64,000 nt of DNA from an uncultured Anaerolineales bacterium (GTDB lineage: Bacteria > Chloroflexota > Anaerolineae > Anaerolineales > UBA4823). Made by a program: the position numbers and the translations under genes. The notes under the pieces are model-generated. The model was not told where the DNA came from. It was given only the letters and a program-made list of their open reading frames with translations, and ran no database searches. This document shows positions 19,552 to 28,183 of this stretch, one piece after another. Where the stretch lies: contig CALFWB010000040.1 of the NCBI GenBank assembly GCA_937928795.1, positions 98,496 to 162,495 on the forward strand, written 5' to 3'. Position 1 is the first letter of the stretch. Each line of letters begins with the position of its first letter.

Positions 19552-20394
19552 TTATTTGAGAATTGCGGTGAAACCCAACCCGTTTGGGCCAACATGAGAG
19601 CCAATCACTGAGGTGACGTTTACGGTGAGAACCTGTGGTGGGAGAATGTCTCTAACCTCCTCGATAAGTTGACGGGCACGATCCTCGGCGTTCGTATGCA
19701 GAATAGCCAATTTTTCAAAGGGGCTGACCCGTCGCAAGATTTCTACTAGGCGATTAAACCCCTTACGATAGGTGCGAGCTTCCCCAAGGCTCATCACCTG
19801 TCCGTTTAGAACTTCCACGAAAGGTTTGATCCTAAACAGTTCTCCCAACCTCGCTTTTGCCCATGACACCCGCCCGCTGCGATGGATATACTCTAACGTA
19901 TCAAGCATTGCCACTAACTTGATGCGCTTGCGAAGTTCGGTTAACTTCGCTGTAATTGCTTCGACATTTGCTCCTTCCCAAGCTGCTTCTGCCGCAGCGA
20001 TGACTTGAAAGCCAAGACCCATACTAATGTTGTGGCTGTCGATGACTTTCACGCGCTCAAGAAAGGCGCCCGCTGCAGCAGAGGCTGCATTCATGATCCC
20101 GCTGAGACGGCTGGAAACATGGATTGAGAGAATGAATTCTTTCCCTTGAGAAAGTAATTGATCATAGAGATCTTGATAGATGCCAGAAGAAGCCGTTGCG
20201 GTGGTCGGGAAGGTTTTCATTTTGGGCAAAGCGGCATAGAATGCTTCTCGCGTAATATCTTTGCGGTCTTCGAGACTTTTTCCCTCGATGATGATGTAGT
20301 TGTTCACCATGTGAATCTCGTATTTTGTCAATAACTCATCGGGAATATCGGCCGTGCTATCGGTAACAATTGCAATGGATGGCTTAGATTTCAT
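19552..20394 (-). CDS. DegV family fatty-acid-binding protein (FakB-like)
   Basis: IVTDSTAD, SSRLSG, RSGRV and IGSHVGP motifs. Start reassigned to ATG 20394. Confidence 0.92.
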   Translation of the reverse strand: MKSKPSIAIVTDSTADIPDELLTKYEIHMVNNYIIIEGKSLEDRKDITREAFYAALPKMKTFPTTATASSGIYQDLYDQLLSQGKEFILSIHVSSRLSGIMNAASAAAGAFLERVKVIDSHNISMGLGFQVIAAAEAAWEGANVEAITAKLTELRKRIKLVAMLDTLEYIHRSGRVSWAKARLGELFRIKPFVEVLNGQVMSLGEARTYRKGFNRLVEILRRVSPFEKLAILHTNAEDRARQLIEEVRDILPPQVLTVNVTSVIGSHVGPNGLGFTAILK

Positions 20395-21244
20395 GTTTCC
20401 GGTCACTTTCTATCAAGACCACGCTGATCGATTGATCGCCCAAAATTCGATTTAGGTAAGGGCTCATCACTTGAGAGTCAATTGTGTTTTGTGCAAGCGT
20501 GGATTGTAATCGGCTTTGTAAGTTTTTTCGCTCATTAATGCCGATGGAGTTACCAAAATGCAAGCCAACATACTCGATCCGATTGAACTCATCGGCGTAT
20601 TCGATGATGCTGTCCACAACATTCTTGAAACTGCGAGTTTTTTGATAAGGGACAATTTGATCGTTCTCTAATAAAACGAGAGGGCGGATGCCAAGAAAAT
20701 CTCCAATAAAGGCTTGGTCTGGATCAAGGATTTTTGAGCAGCCGAGATTGCTGAGGTTGGGAAGGTAGATTAATGTATAGATGTGCGGGATTTTATGATA
20801 GAGGAGTCGTTTTACTTCGTTGAAATTTTCCCTTTTCGCTAACACGATTGAGCAGGTCTGGATGAGCCACCCAAGTCCGTACCCTAAACTGCGGCTATCG
20901 ATAATATCAAAAACAGTGGGTAAATTCATCTGTTGCAGGGTTTGGGTGACTAGTTCAAAGGAAGGGAAAAGGGTTTTGGTGGGCAATAAAAAGAGCACTT
21001 GTTGATATTCGTAAGCTAATTCTGCAAGGAAAGTCCTTAACTTATTTCGATCATTTCCATCCGATAGATGAGATTCTGAGGGATAAGATTCATCTACCAG
21101 CGATGGCAGCGTCTGTTGTGTTGAACGTGGAGCGAGGTTCTCCTCCATGAAACTTATCGGAAGGACTTTGACAAACTCCTGCCATCCAGCCTTATGCTTG
21201 GGAAATTGTGCTGTTGGATCCGTAACGATACAAGTTCGTCGCAT
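20384..21244 (-). CDS. Highly diverged DegV-family paralogue
   Basis: IVTD start, IIDSRSLGYGLG and GIRPLV retained, but most ligand-binding motifs are lost. Start reassigned to ATG 21244. Confidence 0.7.
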   Translation of the reverse strand: MRRTCIVTDPTAQFPKHKAGWQEFVKVLPISFMEENLAPRSTQQTLPSLVDESYPSESHLSDGNDRNKLRTFLAELAYEYQQVLFLLPTKTLFPSFELVTQTLQQMNLPTVFDIIDSRSLGYGLGWLIQTCSIVLAKRENFNEVKRLLYHKIPHIYTLIYLPNLSNLGCSKILDPDQAFIGDFLGIRPLVLLENDQIVPYQKTRSFKNVVDSIIEYADEFNRIEYVGLHFGNSIGINERKNLQSRLQSTLAQNTIDSQVMSPYLNRILGDQSISVVLIESDRKHEI

Positions 21245-21274
21245 GGCAATCACACAGTTTCTCGGTCGCGTCCC

Positions 21275-22960
21275 TTATTCGATCGAAATAATGAAATAAT
21301 AGTGGGGCTGTCCACCTTCTTGGACTTCGATTTCTTGATCTGGATAAGCAAAACGAACTTCATCTGCGATCTGGTTGGCTTCTTGTTTGGTTAGGTCTTT
21401 ACCATAAAAAAAGGTGATCAGTTCAAAGTGGTCGGCATGGGCAATTTGCATAAGCTCTAAGGTGACCTCTTTCAGCGAGTTAGAGGAGGCAACTAGTTTC
21501 CCGTTATGCAGGGCGATAAATTCGCCTTCTTTGACCGAGATGCCGTCAATTTCAACGCTGCGAGTTGCCCGCGTGATTTCACCGGTTTCAACTTGCAGTA
21601 ATGCGGCTTCCATTTCGCTGACGACTGCATCGAACTCCTCGTGAGGGGATAGACGCATCATTGCCGCCAAGCCTTGGGGTACCGAGCGGCTGTGGATTAC
21701 AGCCACTTTCTTAACGGTCAGCTCTCTAGCTGCTTCAGCGGTGCGGATGATGTTTTTATTGTTCGGCAGGATAACGATTTTATCCGTCGGTAGATTCTCG
21801 AAGGCTGAGAGGATTTCTTGGGTTGAAGGGTTCATCGTTTGCCCACCGTGTACGATAGCAGCCGCGCCGAGGCTGGCAAAAACCCTAGCAATGCCTGACC
21901 CAGGAGCTACTGCAACCGCCGCAATCTGGCCTGGTTCAACGGGGGCAAGCGTGAGTTGGGTCGGACTGCTTTTCTCTTCGATTTGCTCCATTTGAGCCGC
22001 TAGGTTTTCCATAGCCACCTTGGTGAAAATGCCCACGCGTTTGACATATTCAATGGGTTCATACTGCCGCCCATCAGCAACGTGAATGTGCAAACGGTAA
22101 ATTCCGTCTCCCTCACCGAGCTGAATTGAGGTGCCCATTTGTTCTAGGTCTCGGTAAAAGGCTTCGATATCGAGTTGGTTATAAGGACGAAAGTCAATGA
22201 CCACTTCCACATCCTGTCCTGGCTCGATAATCTCTGCAGCTCGTTGTAAGTTCATCGAAGCAATGGGCATGACGGTAGTGGTTGGGGCATCTAAAGGCAT
22301 TCCTTTGGTGTAGCGGAGCATCCCTTCAAGGATAAAAAATAACCCTTTTCCACCCGAGTCGACAACGCCGGCTTCTTTGAGCACGGGTAATAATTCCGGG
22401 GTGCGCTGAACTGAGCTATCTGCGGCTCTGACGATCCGTTCGAGTAGCTCGGTCAGATCGTTTGTTTCGGTTTGTGCTTCCTGTGCTGACTCGGCAACAT
22501 CTTTGATCACAGTCAAAATGGTGCCCTCTACGGGTCGCACAACGCCTTTGTAAGCAGTATCTCGAGCCGAAGCGAGTGCCTTAGCAAAAGAGGGTACGTC
22601 GAGCGTTTCAAAGTTGTCTACCGCACGGGCGAATCCGCGCCAAATTTGGGAAAGGATAACCCCAGAATTTCCTCTAGCGCCCATTAGAGCGCCATGGGCG
22701 ATGGCATGGGCAACTTTTCCGAAGTTCTTTTCGTTGCCGTTTGCCACTTCATCGAAAGCGGCTTGCATGGTCAAGACCATATTGGTGCCAGTGTCTCCAT
22801 CGGGCACCGGAAAGACGTTCAAGGAATTGACAATTTGCTGGTTTGTCCGCAGCCAAGTCAATCCGGCTTCGACCATTTTCCGTAAAACTTCACCGTTCAC
22901 GTCGGTTTTCTGACCCAAGGCGTGATCTGGGTTGTGTTCCTTCTTATGTTCAACCTTCAT
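21275..22960 (-). CDS. fakA: DAK2-domain fatty acid kinase subunit A (YloV-like)
   Basis: NSLNVFPVPDGDTGTNM, GARGNSG, GGQTMNPS and GGQPHY. Confidence 0.9.
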   Translation of the reverse strand: MKVEHKKEHNPDHALGQKTDVNGEVLRKMVEAGLTWLRTNQQIVNSLNVFPVPDGDTGTNMVLTMQAAFDEVANGNEKNFGKVAHAIAHGALMGARGNSGVILSQIWRGFARAVDNFETLDVPSFAKALASARDTAYKGVVRPVEGTILTVIKDVAESAQEAQTETNDLTELLERIVRAADSSVQRTPELLPVLKEAGVVDSGGKGLFFILEGMLRYTKGMPLDAPTTTVMPIASMNLQRAAEIIEPGQDVEVVIDFRPYNQLDIEAFYRDLEQMGTSIQLGEGDGIYRLHIHVADGRQYEPIEYVKRVGIFTKVAMENLAAQMEQIEEKSSPTQLTLAPVEPGQIAAVAVAPGSGIARVFASLGAAAIVHGGQTMNPSTQEILSAFENLPTDKIVILPNNKNIIRTAEAARELTVKKVAVIHSRSVPQGLAAMMRLSPHEEFDAVVSEMEAALLQVETGEITRATRSVEIDGISVKEGEFIALHNGKLVASSNSLKEVTLELMQIAHADHFELITFFYGKDLTKQEANQIADEVRFAYPDQEIEVQEGGQPHYYFIISIE

Positions 22961-22990
22961 AAATGGCTCCTCGTATTTGGCTGCGTGTCC

Positions 22991-23347
22991 TTAGTCTTCT
23001 TCGCTGATTCGCAGACCACGCACGTGCACATTCACACAAGCCACCGGTAATCCAAGGGCTTTCTCGACCTGATAGCGCACTGTGTCCCGTACGCTCGAGG
23101 CTACAGCAGAAATTCGCGTTCCATACTCAACGATAATGTAAATATCAATGCGGATTTCGACACCATCGTAGTTGACCTCAACCCCATGCAAAGGGTCTTT
23201 GACTAATTTTTGGCTGACGCCATTGAAAAAATTCTTGTGGGTGAGACCAACCACTCCGTAGGATTGCAAAGCTGCCTGATAAGCGATGGTGGCAATCACA
23301 CGGGGAGAGACATAAATGGTTCCAAGGGGAAGGACTTCTTTTGTCAT
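22991..23347 (-). CDS. Asp23/Gls24 family protein (YloU-like)
   Basis: GTIYVSPRVIATIA, YGVVG, IIVEYGTRI and VNVHVRG, in the conserved rpmB/DAK2 context. Confidence 0.92.
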   Translation of the reverse strand: MTKEVLPLGTIYVSPRVIATIAYQAALQSYGVVGLTHKNFFNGVSQKLVKDPLHGVEVNYDGVEIRIDIYIIVEYGTRISAVASSVRDTVRYQVEKALGLPVACVNVHVRGLRISEED

Positions 23348-23378
23348 ACGCTACCTCTGGGATCATTAACCATCAAAC

Positions 23379-23407
23379 TTGCCAAGAGATACGAATTGTG
23401 GTAAACT
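23379..23407 (+). promoter_or_regulatory. sigma70-type promoter for rpmB
   Basis: TTGCCA-17 nt-TAAACT, with TG two bases before the -10. Confidence 0.6.
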
Positions 23408-23461
23408 TCGCCTGCTCTGTGAAGGCAAGAGCTTAAGTTCTAACGGATAGGAAGTGAGCTT

Positions 23462-23644
23462 ATGGCTAAATGTGAACATTGCGGAAAGAAAACCGTATTT
23501 GGACAAAATCGACCATGGTCGAAGAAAGCCACAAACCGCACCTTTCGCCCTAACTTGCAGGTTGTGAGCCTTTACGAGGGCGGGAAAAAGGTCCGCAAAG
23601 TTTTGTGTGCAAAGTGCATTCGCACCTTGGCAAAGAGCGAGTAG
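23462..23644 (+). CDS. rpmB: 50S ribosomal protein L28 (Zn-binding CxxC...CxxC form)
   Basis: MAKCEHCGK...TNRTFRPNLQ...CAKCIRT. Confidence 0.95.
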   Translation: MAKCEHCGKKTVFGQNRPWSKKATNRTFRPNLQVVSLYEGGKKVRKVLCAKCIRTLAKSE

Positions 23645-23674
23645 ACTCTTCATTGTTTTTGCTGTAGCCTTCAG

Positions 23675-23710
23675 ATAAAAATCGCGGCGATCGCCGTGAT
23701 TTTTATTTTC
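23675..23710 (+). terminator. Intrinsic, probably bidirectional, terminator after rpmB
   Basis: ATAAAAATCGCGGC-GATC-GCCGTGATTTTTAT, followed by a further T-run. Confidence 0.75.
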
Positions 23711-23760
23711 GCCGCACGGGAGTAATGATAACCTCGGAAGGGATTTCTGGCAAGTCTTCA

Positions 23761-23874
23761 GTTTGCGAGGGTGCACGAAAAAGTTGTTGGCAACATTGCT
23801 TTGTAGGACAACTCATTGAGTTGTCCTACACCTTTTGCGTGGACACGTTTGCGAGGGTGAGCACGCAAAAGGTG
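23761..23874. repeat. GTAG-tagged palindromic element (family 1), copy 2, plus a truncated repeat of its left end
   Basis: GTAGGACAACTC-ATT-GAGTTGTCCTAC at 23803-23829. Direct repeat GTTTGCGAGGGTG at 23761 and 23847. Inverted pair CACCTTTTGCGTG/CACGCAAAAGGTG. Confidence 0.85.
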
Positions 23875-23902
23875 CCTTTGGAAGCCGTGCTTCCGCCATC
23901 AT

Positions 23903-25012
23903 TCACTGGTATAAAAAATAAACCCAAATCCACAAGGGAATTAACCCGCCAACGGCAAGAATGGCGATTAGGCCTAACAAGATGCTAATCCAATCCATTT
24001 GCGAGGGTCGGCTTTCTTGAGTGGTATAGGTAGGGGCAAATGTAGGCTGAGAAGGTAGATAGGGCGGAGAGAGGGTTCTTGAAGCGGAAGGATCATTGGT
24101 TCGGTATAGGGCTGAACTGGGTTGGGGTGTGGATGGGGAACCCCCAATTTTTTGTGAGTCGCTTTGTGTGGGGGAAGGTTTGCCATAGAGTTCATTTTGA
24201 AGGCTGAGTAAAATGCGTCCGAATTGATCTGCGGTGCGATAGCGAGCAGATGGTTCTTTGGAAAGTACCTTAAGAATGACCAATTCAAGGGTTGGGTGGA
24301 TAGCCGGATTATAGCGACTGGGCGGAGGGGGAGGGTCTTCACGATGCATACGGGCAAGCTCTTCGGCACTTGAGGCTTGAAAAGGTAACTGTCCTGTCAG
24401 CATCTCGTAGGCAACAATGCCGAGCGAATAGACATCGGAGGCAGGAGAAGGTGCCAAGCCGGCCGCTTGCTCAGGGGAGAAATACTGAGGCGATCCCCAG
24501 ACAACATCGCTCTTTTCTTCTGGATGAATCGAAGCCAAAGCACGGGCGATGCCGAAATCGGTGACTTTCAGGCGGTGGTCTGGGGTAATAATGAAGTTTT
24601 GGGACTTAATATCGCAATGAACAATGCCTGCTCTGTGCGCATAACCCACACCTGCACAAGCCTGAATCATCAAGGATAAGGTTTCACGGACGGAGAAATG
24701 GCCTTTGTGTTTTAGATAACTCTTTAGGTCGGTGCCGGGGATGTATTCCATGACGATATACAACCGTCCTTGGTCATAACCGAAATCGTGAACGGTCACA
24801 ATATTGGGGTGGGCAAGATTGGCGGCTGCCCGTGCTTCTTGGCGAAAGCGTTCTTGAAAAGCCGGATCGGGGGAGTAGTTTTCGCGCAGAATTTTTATGG
24901 CAACGTACCGATCGAGGCGTCGATCGTGAGCACGATAGACCACCGCCATCCCACCGCTGCCAAGGCGTTCAAGAAGTTGATACCGGTCGCTGAGGATCAC
25001 TTCTTGGGACAT
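23903..25012 (-). CDS. Hanks-type Ser/Thr protein kinase with a C-terminal TM anchor (non-RD)
   Basis: GSGGMAVV, VAIK, HCDIKSQN, DFG and YFSPEQ. The protein ends in a hydrophobic helix. Confidence 0.93.
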   Translation of the reverse strand: MSQEVILSDRYQLLERLGSGGMAVVYRAHDRRLDRYVAIKILRENYSPDPAFQERFRQEARAAANLAHPNIVTVHDFGYDQGRLYIVMEYIPGTDLKSYLKHKGHFSVRETLSLMIQACAGVGYAHRAGIVHCDIKSQNFIITPDHRLKVTDFGIARALASIHPEEKSDVVWGSPQYFSPEQAAGLAPSPASDVYSLGIVAYEMLTGQLPFQASSAEELARMHREDPPPPPSRYNPAIHPTLELVILKVLSKEPSARYRTADQFGRILLSLQNELYGKPSPTQSDSQKIGGSPSTPQPSSALYRTNDPSASRTLSPPYLPSQPTFAPTYTTQESRPSQMDWISILLGLIAILAVGGLIPLWIWVYFLYQ

Positions 25013-25076
25013 ATCTGATACAATCTCCTAGCAATTATTGTACCATGCTGTGTTTTTGCAGTTCGGTTGGGAAAAT

Positions 25077-25559
25077 ATGACACGAGCTAAGCCTTACCTT
25101 GGTTTAATCGGGGCAGTCTTTCTTGCTGGTTGTTTGGGGATAGGGGTCATTGCTCTTGTTAGGAGCGGAACGGCAACCCAAAGCGATCTCTATCCGACAG
25201 CGATCGTTGAAGTGATCCCTGCCCCGACCTTGACACCTTCTCCTCAACCTACCTTCTCAACGGCGCAACAAACAGGATCAACCGAGGTCGACAATGACAA
25301 CATCTCTGCAGACCAAATTCGGGTGGGCGATTCGGTTCAAATCTATGGCACCCAAGGGGATGGATTGCGGTTGCGGGCTGCGCCGGGTTTGGACGGTGAA
25401 ATCCTTTTTTTGGCTTTTGAGGGAGAAATTTTTCAGGTGGAAGATGGCCCTCGCCAAGCCTCCGGCTATGTATGGTGGTATCTAGCCGCACCATATGATG
25501 AAAACGTCCGGGGGTGGGCGGTTGAAAATTACCTCAAGGTTGTCGAAACTCAATACTAG
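25077..25559 (+). CDS. Membrane-anchored protein with a Pro/Thr linker and a C-terminal SH3b-like domain
   Basis: TM segment, then PTLTPSPQPT, then GLRLRAAPG...WWY....RGWAVENYL. Start reassigned to ATG 25077. Confidence 0.8.
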   Translation: MTRAKPYLGLIGAVFLAGCLGIGVIALVRSGTATQSDLYPTAIVEVIPAPTLTPSPQPTFSTAQQTGSTEVDNDNISADQIRVGDSVQIYGTQGDGLRLRAAPGLDGEILFLAFEGEIFQVEDGPRQASGYVWWYLAAPYDENVRGWAVENYLKVVETQY

Positions 25560-25599
25560 GTGATTGGTGCCCTACGGTAGGGTGTGTCCATTGAAAGGC

Positions 25600-26253
25600 T
25601 TATAAATAATCGCGCAAATTGTGTTCGACGGCATAGGCAGCAGCCTCAGCGCGATTGCTAACACCCAATTTGGATAGGATGCTGGAAACGTAATTCCTCA
25701 CCGTTCCCTCGCCCAAGAAGAGCGCTTTGGCGATCTCGCGGTTGGTTTTCCCTTCCGACACCAATAAAAGAACATGTCGTTCTTGTTGAGTGAGGGCAGA
25801 AAAAGCAGAAGCTTCTTCCTCTTTGGCAGCTTTGCGGACTTCTTGGAAAATGCGTTGGGTTACGGCGGGGTCTAGGAGAGCTTCTCCGCGTCCCACGGCT
25901 TCGATGGCACGCACCAGATCTTCACCCCCAATTTGCTTGAGGACATAACCCGACGCGCCGGCGCGGATAGCCGAGAAGAGCATCTCATCTTCAGCGTAAG
26001 AAGTAAGCATGATCACTTTGGTGTTGGGGTACTTTTCGGCAATCTCTTCACAGGCTTCGATTCCAGAACCGCCCGGCAGCCGAATGTCCATCACGACCAC
26101 ATCGGGCGCATGGGTAGCAACCCGTTCAATCGCTTCGCGCGCCGTGCTGGCTTCGGCAACCACCTCGAAGTTTGGATGCCGATCGAGAAGAGACTTCAAT
26201 CCTAGACGCACTACTTCATGATCATCTACCAGTAAGATTCTTTGCTTAGCCAT
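25600..26253 (-). CDS. NarL/LuxR family response regulator
   Basis: Start reassigned to ATG 26253 ([15 protein letters not shown]). Asp in VMDIRLP and [32 protein letters not shown]. Confidence 0.95.
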   Translation of the reverse strand: MAKQRILLVDDHEVVRLGLKSLLDRHPNFEVVAEASTAREAIERVATHAPDVVVMDIRLPGGSGIEACEEIAEKYPNTKVIMLTSYAEDEMLFSAIRAGASGYVLKQIGGEDLVRAIEAVGRGEALLDPAVTQRIFQEVRKAAKEEEASAFSALTQQERHVLLLVSEGKTNREIAKALFLGEGTVRNYVSSILSKLGVSNRAEAAAYAVEHNLRDYL

Positions 26254-26275
26254 CTTATCTATCCTCCATGAGCGA

Positions 26276-27013
26276 TTAAGCTTTTGTTGCCACTTCTTTT
26301 TGGCGTCGAAAATCGACAAAGCGATACCCGACACCTCTTTCGGTGAGGATATACTGGGGATTTGCCGGGTCTTTTTCGATTTTCTTGCGCAGATAGTTGA
26401 TATATAAACGCACATAGTGGGGTTCATCGCGATACTCATAACCCCATACTTTGGTGAGTAATTGGTCGTGGGTCACCACCCAACCCGCATTTTGAACTAA
26501 ATGGTAAAGCAAACGATATTCGGTCGGACGCAATTGAACCAACTGGCCATCTACCCAAATTTCGCGCCGACCGAAATCTAGCTTGAGACGATCGTCCACT
26601 TCAATAACACCATGAGCCCCAGGGGTAGCCATTTCCACGCGGCGCAAAACCGCTCGGACACGGCTAACCAGCTCGCGGGGGCTAAAGGGTTTGGTGATGT
26701 AGTCATCAGCGCCGAGTTCTAAGCCGCGCACCCGGTCATCCTCTTCGCCTTTGGCGGTGAGCATAATCACCGGTACAGAACTCGTTTCGCGGATGATGCG
26801 CAAGACCTCAAAGCCATCTAGGTCGGGCAGCATAACATCGAGGATGACGAGGTCAGGGAGGAGCGTGCGCACTTTGTCAATGGCTTGCATGCCACGGTAA
26901 GCTTCACTCACCTTGAAGCCATCGTGTTCAAGGTTCAATCGAACAAAGCGCACCATTCGTTCTTCATCATCGACTACCAAAATATGTCGGTTAGTTAGGT
27001 TAACTTCTTCCAT
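26276..27013 (-). CDS. OmpR/PhoB family response regulator
   Basis: [22 protein letters not shown], and wHTH end [11 protein letters not shown]. Confidence 0.95.
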   Translation of the reverse strand: MEEVNLTNRHILVVDDEERMVRFVRLNLEHDGFKVSEAYRGMQAIDKVRTLLPDLVILDVMLPDLDGFEVLRIIRETSSVPVIMLTAKGEEDDRVRGLELGADDYITKPFSPRELVSRVRAVLRRVEMATPGAHGVIEVDDRLKLDFGRREIWVDGQLVQLRPTEYRLLYHLVQNAGWVVTHDQLLTKVWGYEYRDEPHYVRLYINYLRKKIEKDPANPQYILTERGVGYRFVDFRRQKEVATKA

Positions 27014-27022
27014 AAGCGATCC

Positions 27023-27265
27023 TTATTCCCTGACAAAACCGATGATTTCCTCTTCTTCACGCGGAGGAATGACTTCAATAAAGCTGATGCGATGAATGGG
27101 AAAAATAGCTACCATTGCCTCACGGTCGATATAGGGAACTTCTTTACCATCTCGTTGGCGCGGATCATGCAGGACGACTAGATTGTCGGTCGGTTGAGGA
27201 AGTTCATCCACTTCCCCGACAATTGGCTCAGCATTGGCAATGTGGACAATGAGCGTGTAAGACAT
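27023..27265 (-). CDS. Small hypothetical beta-rich protein, 80 aa
   Basis: In-operon ORF with short gaps on both sides and protein-like composition. Confidence 0.75.
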   Translation of the reverse strand: MSYTLIVHIANAEPIVGEVDELPQPTDNLVVLHDPRQRDGKEVPYIDREAMVAIFPIHRISFIEVIPPREEEEIIGFVRE

Positions 27266-27277
27266 CGTTCCTGCACC

Positions 27278-28180
27278 TTACTCCGAAGATGATTTTGAAA
27301 GAAATTTTACCAGAATCACCGAGATATTATCAGGACCACCGGCGTCATTAGCAAGTTGGATAAGGCGGTAACAGGACTCTTGTGGTTGTGAGGACTCTCG
27401 GATGGACTGGATGATTTGGCTCTCCGGCACAACGCTCCACAACCCATCTGAACAGAGGAGAAGATTGCCGGAGGATGGCAGGGGTATTGAAAAGATATCT
27501 GCTTCAAGTGGATCCGTTTGTCCTAATGCCCGATAAAGGACATTGCGTTGCGGATGATTTTGGGCTTCTTGTTCGGAAATTTGCCCTAATTCAACCAGAC
27601 GCTTAACCAAGGAGTGATCGCGAGTGTAGAGTTTGCTCTCTCCATCCTCGCCAATATAATAAGCGCGGCTGTCGCCAATATGGGCGATGGTCAAGGTTTT
27701 GGAAAAGACTAAACAGCAGGTCAAGGTAGTGCCACCTCCGCTGGCTTTTTGGATCACTTCCTGATGTGCCGTTAACATCGCTTCTTTGAGAATGGTGAGG
27801 AAGGAATTTTGAGGTTGGGGTGATGGCGGAGCAAATTGAGGGAAGAGCAATCGTTCGAGTAGGGTGGAAGCCAAACTGTGGATGGCTACTTTGCTGGCGA
27901 TTTCACCGTGCAGGTGTCCACCCATGCCGTCGGCAACGGCATAGATGCCGGCATTTCTGATCTGGTCTTGATAAGTGAGCGAGAACTCGAAAGTTAGGAG
28001 AGCGTCCTCGTTGAAATCGCGTTGCAGGCCTTTAGATTGAGCAAAGGCAGATTGCAGGCGCGGCTCTAAGATATCCACTGCCGAGTTGAGCGGCGGTTGG
28101 CTTGGAGGGGATTGATTGGGGGTTTGAGCAATCTTTTTGGGGGATCGTTGAAAGAGACTCTTCACACTGCTTATCTCCAA
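27278..28180 (-). CDS. PP2C/PPM family Ser/Thr phosphatase
   Basis: VADGMGGH, GTT, HIGDSRAY, CSDGL and GGPDN. Confidence 0.93.
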   Translation of the reverse strand: MEISSVKSLFQRSPKKIAQTPNQSPPSQPPLNSAVDILEPRLQSAFAQSKGLQRDFNEDALLTFEFSLTYQDQIRNAGIYAVADGMGGHLHGEIASKVAIHSLASTLLERLLFPQFAPPSPQPQNSFLTILKEAMLTAHQEVIQKASGGGTTLTCCLVFSKTLTIAHIGDSRAYYIGEDGESKLYTRDHSLVKRLVELGQISEQEAQNHPQRNVLYRALGQTDPLEADIFSIPLPSSGNLLLCSDGLWSVVPESQIIQSIRESSQPQESCYRLIQLANDAGGPDNISVILVKFLSKSSSE

Positions 28181-28183
28181 GAT

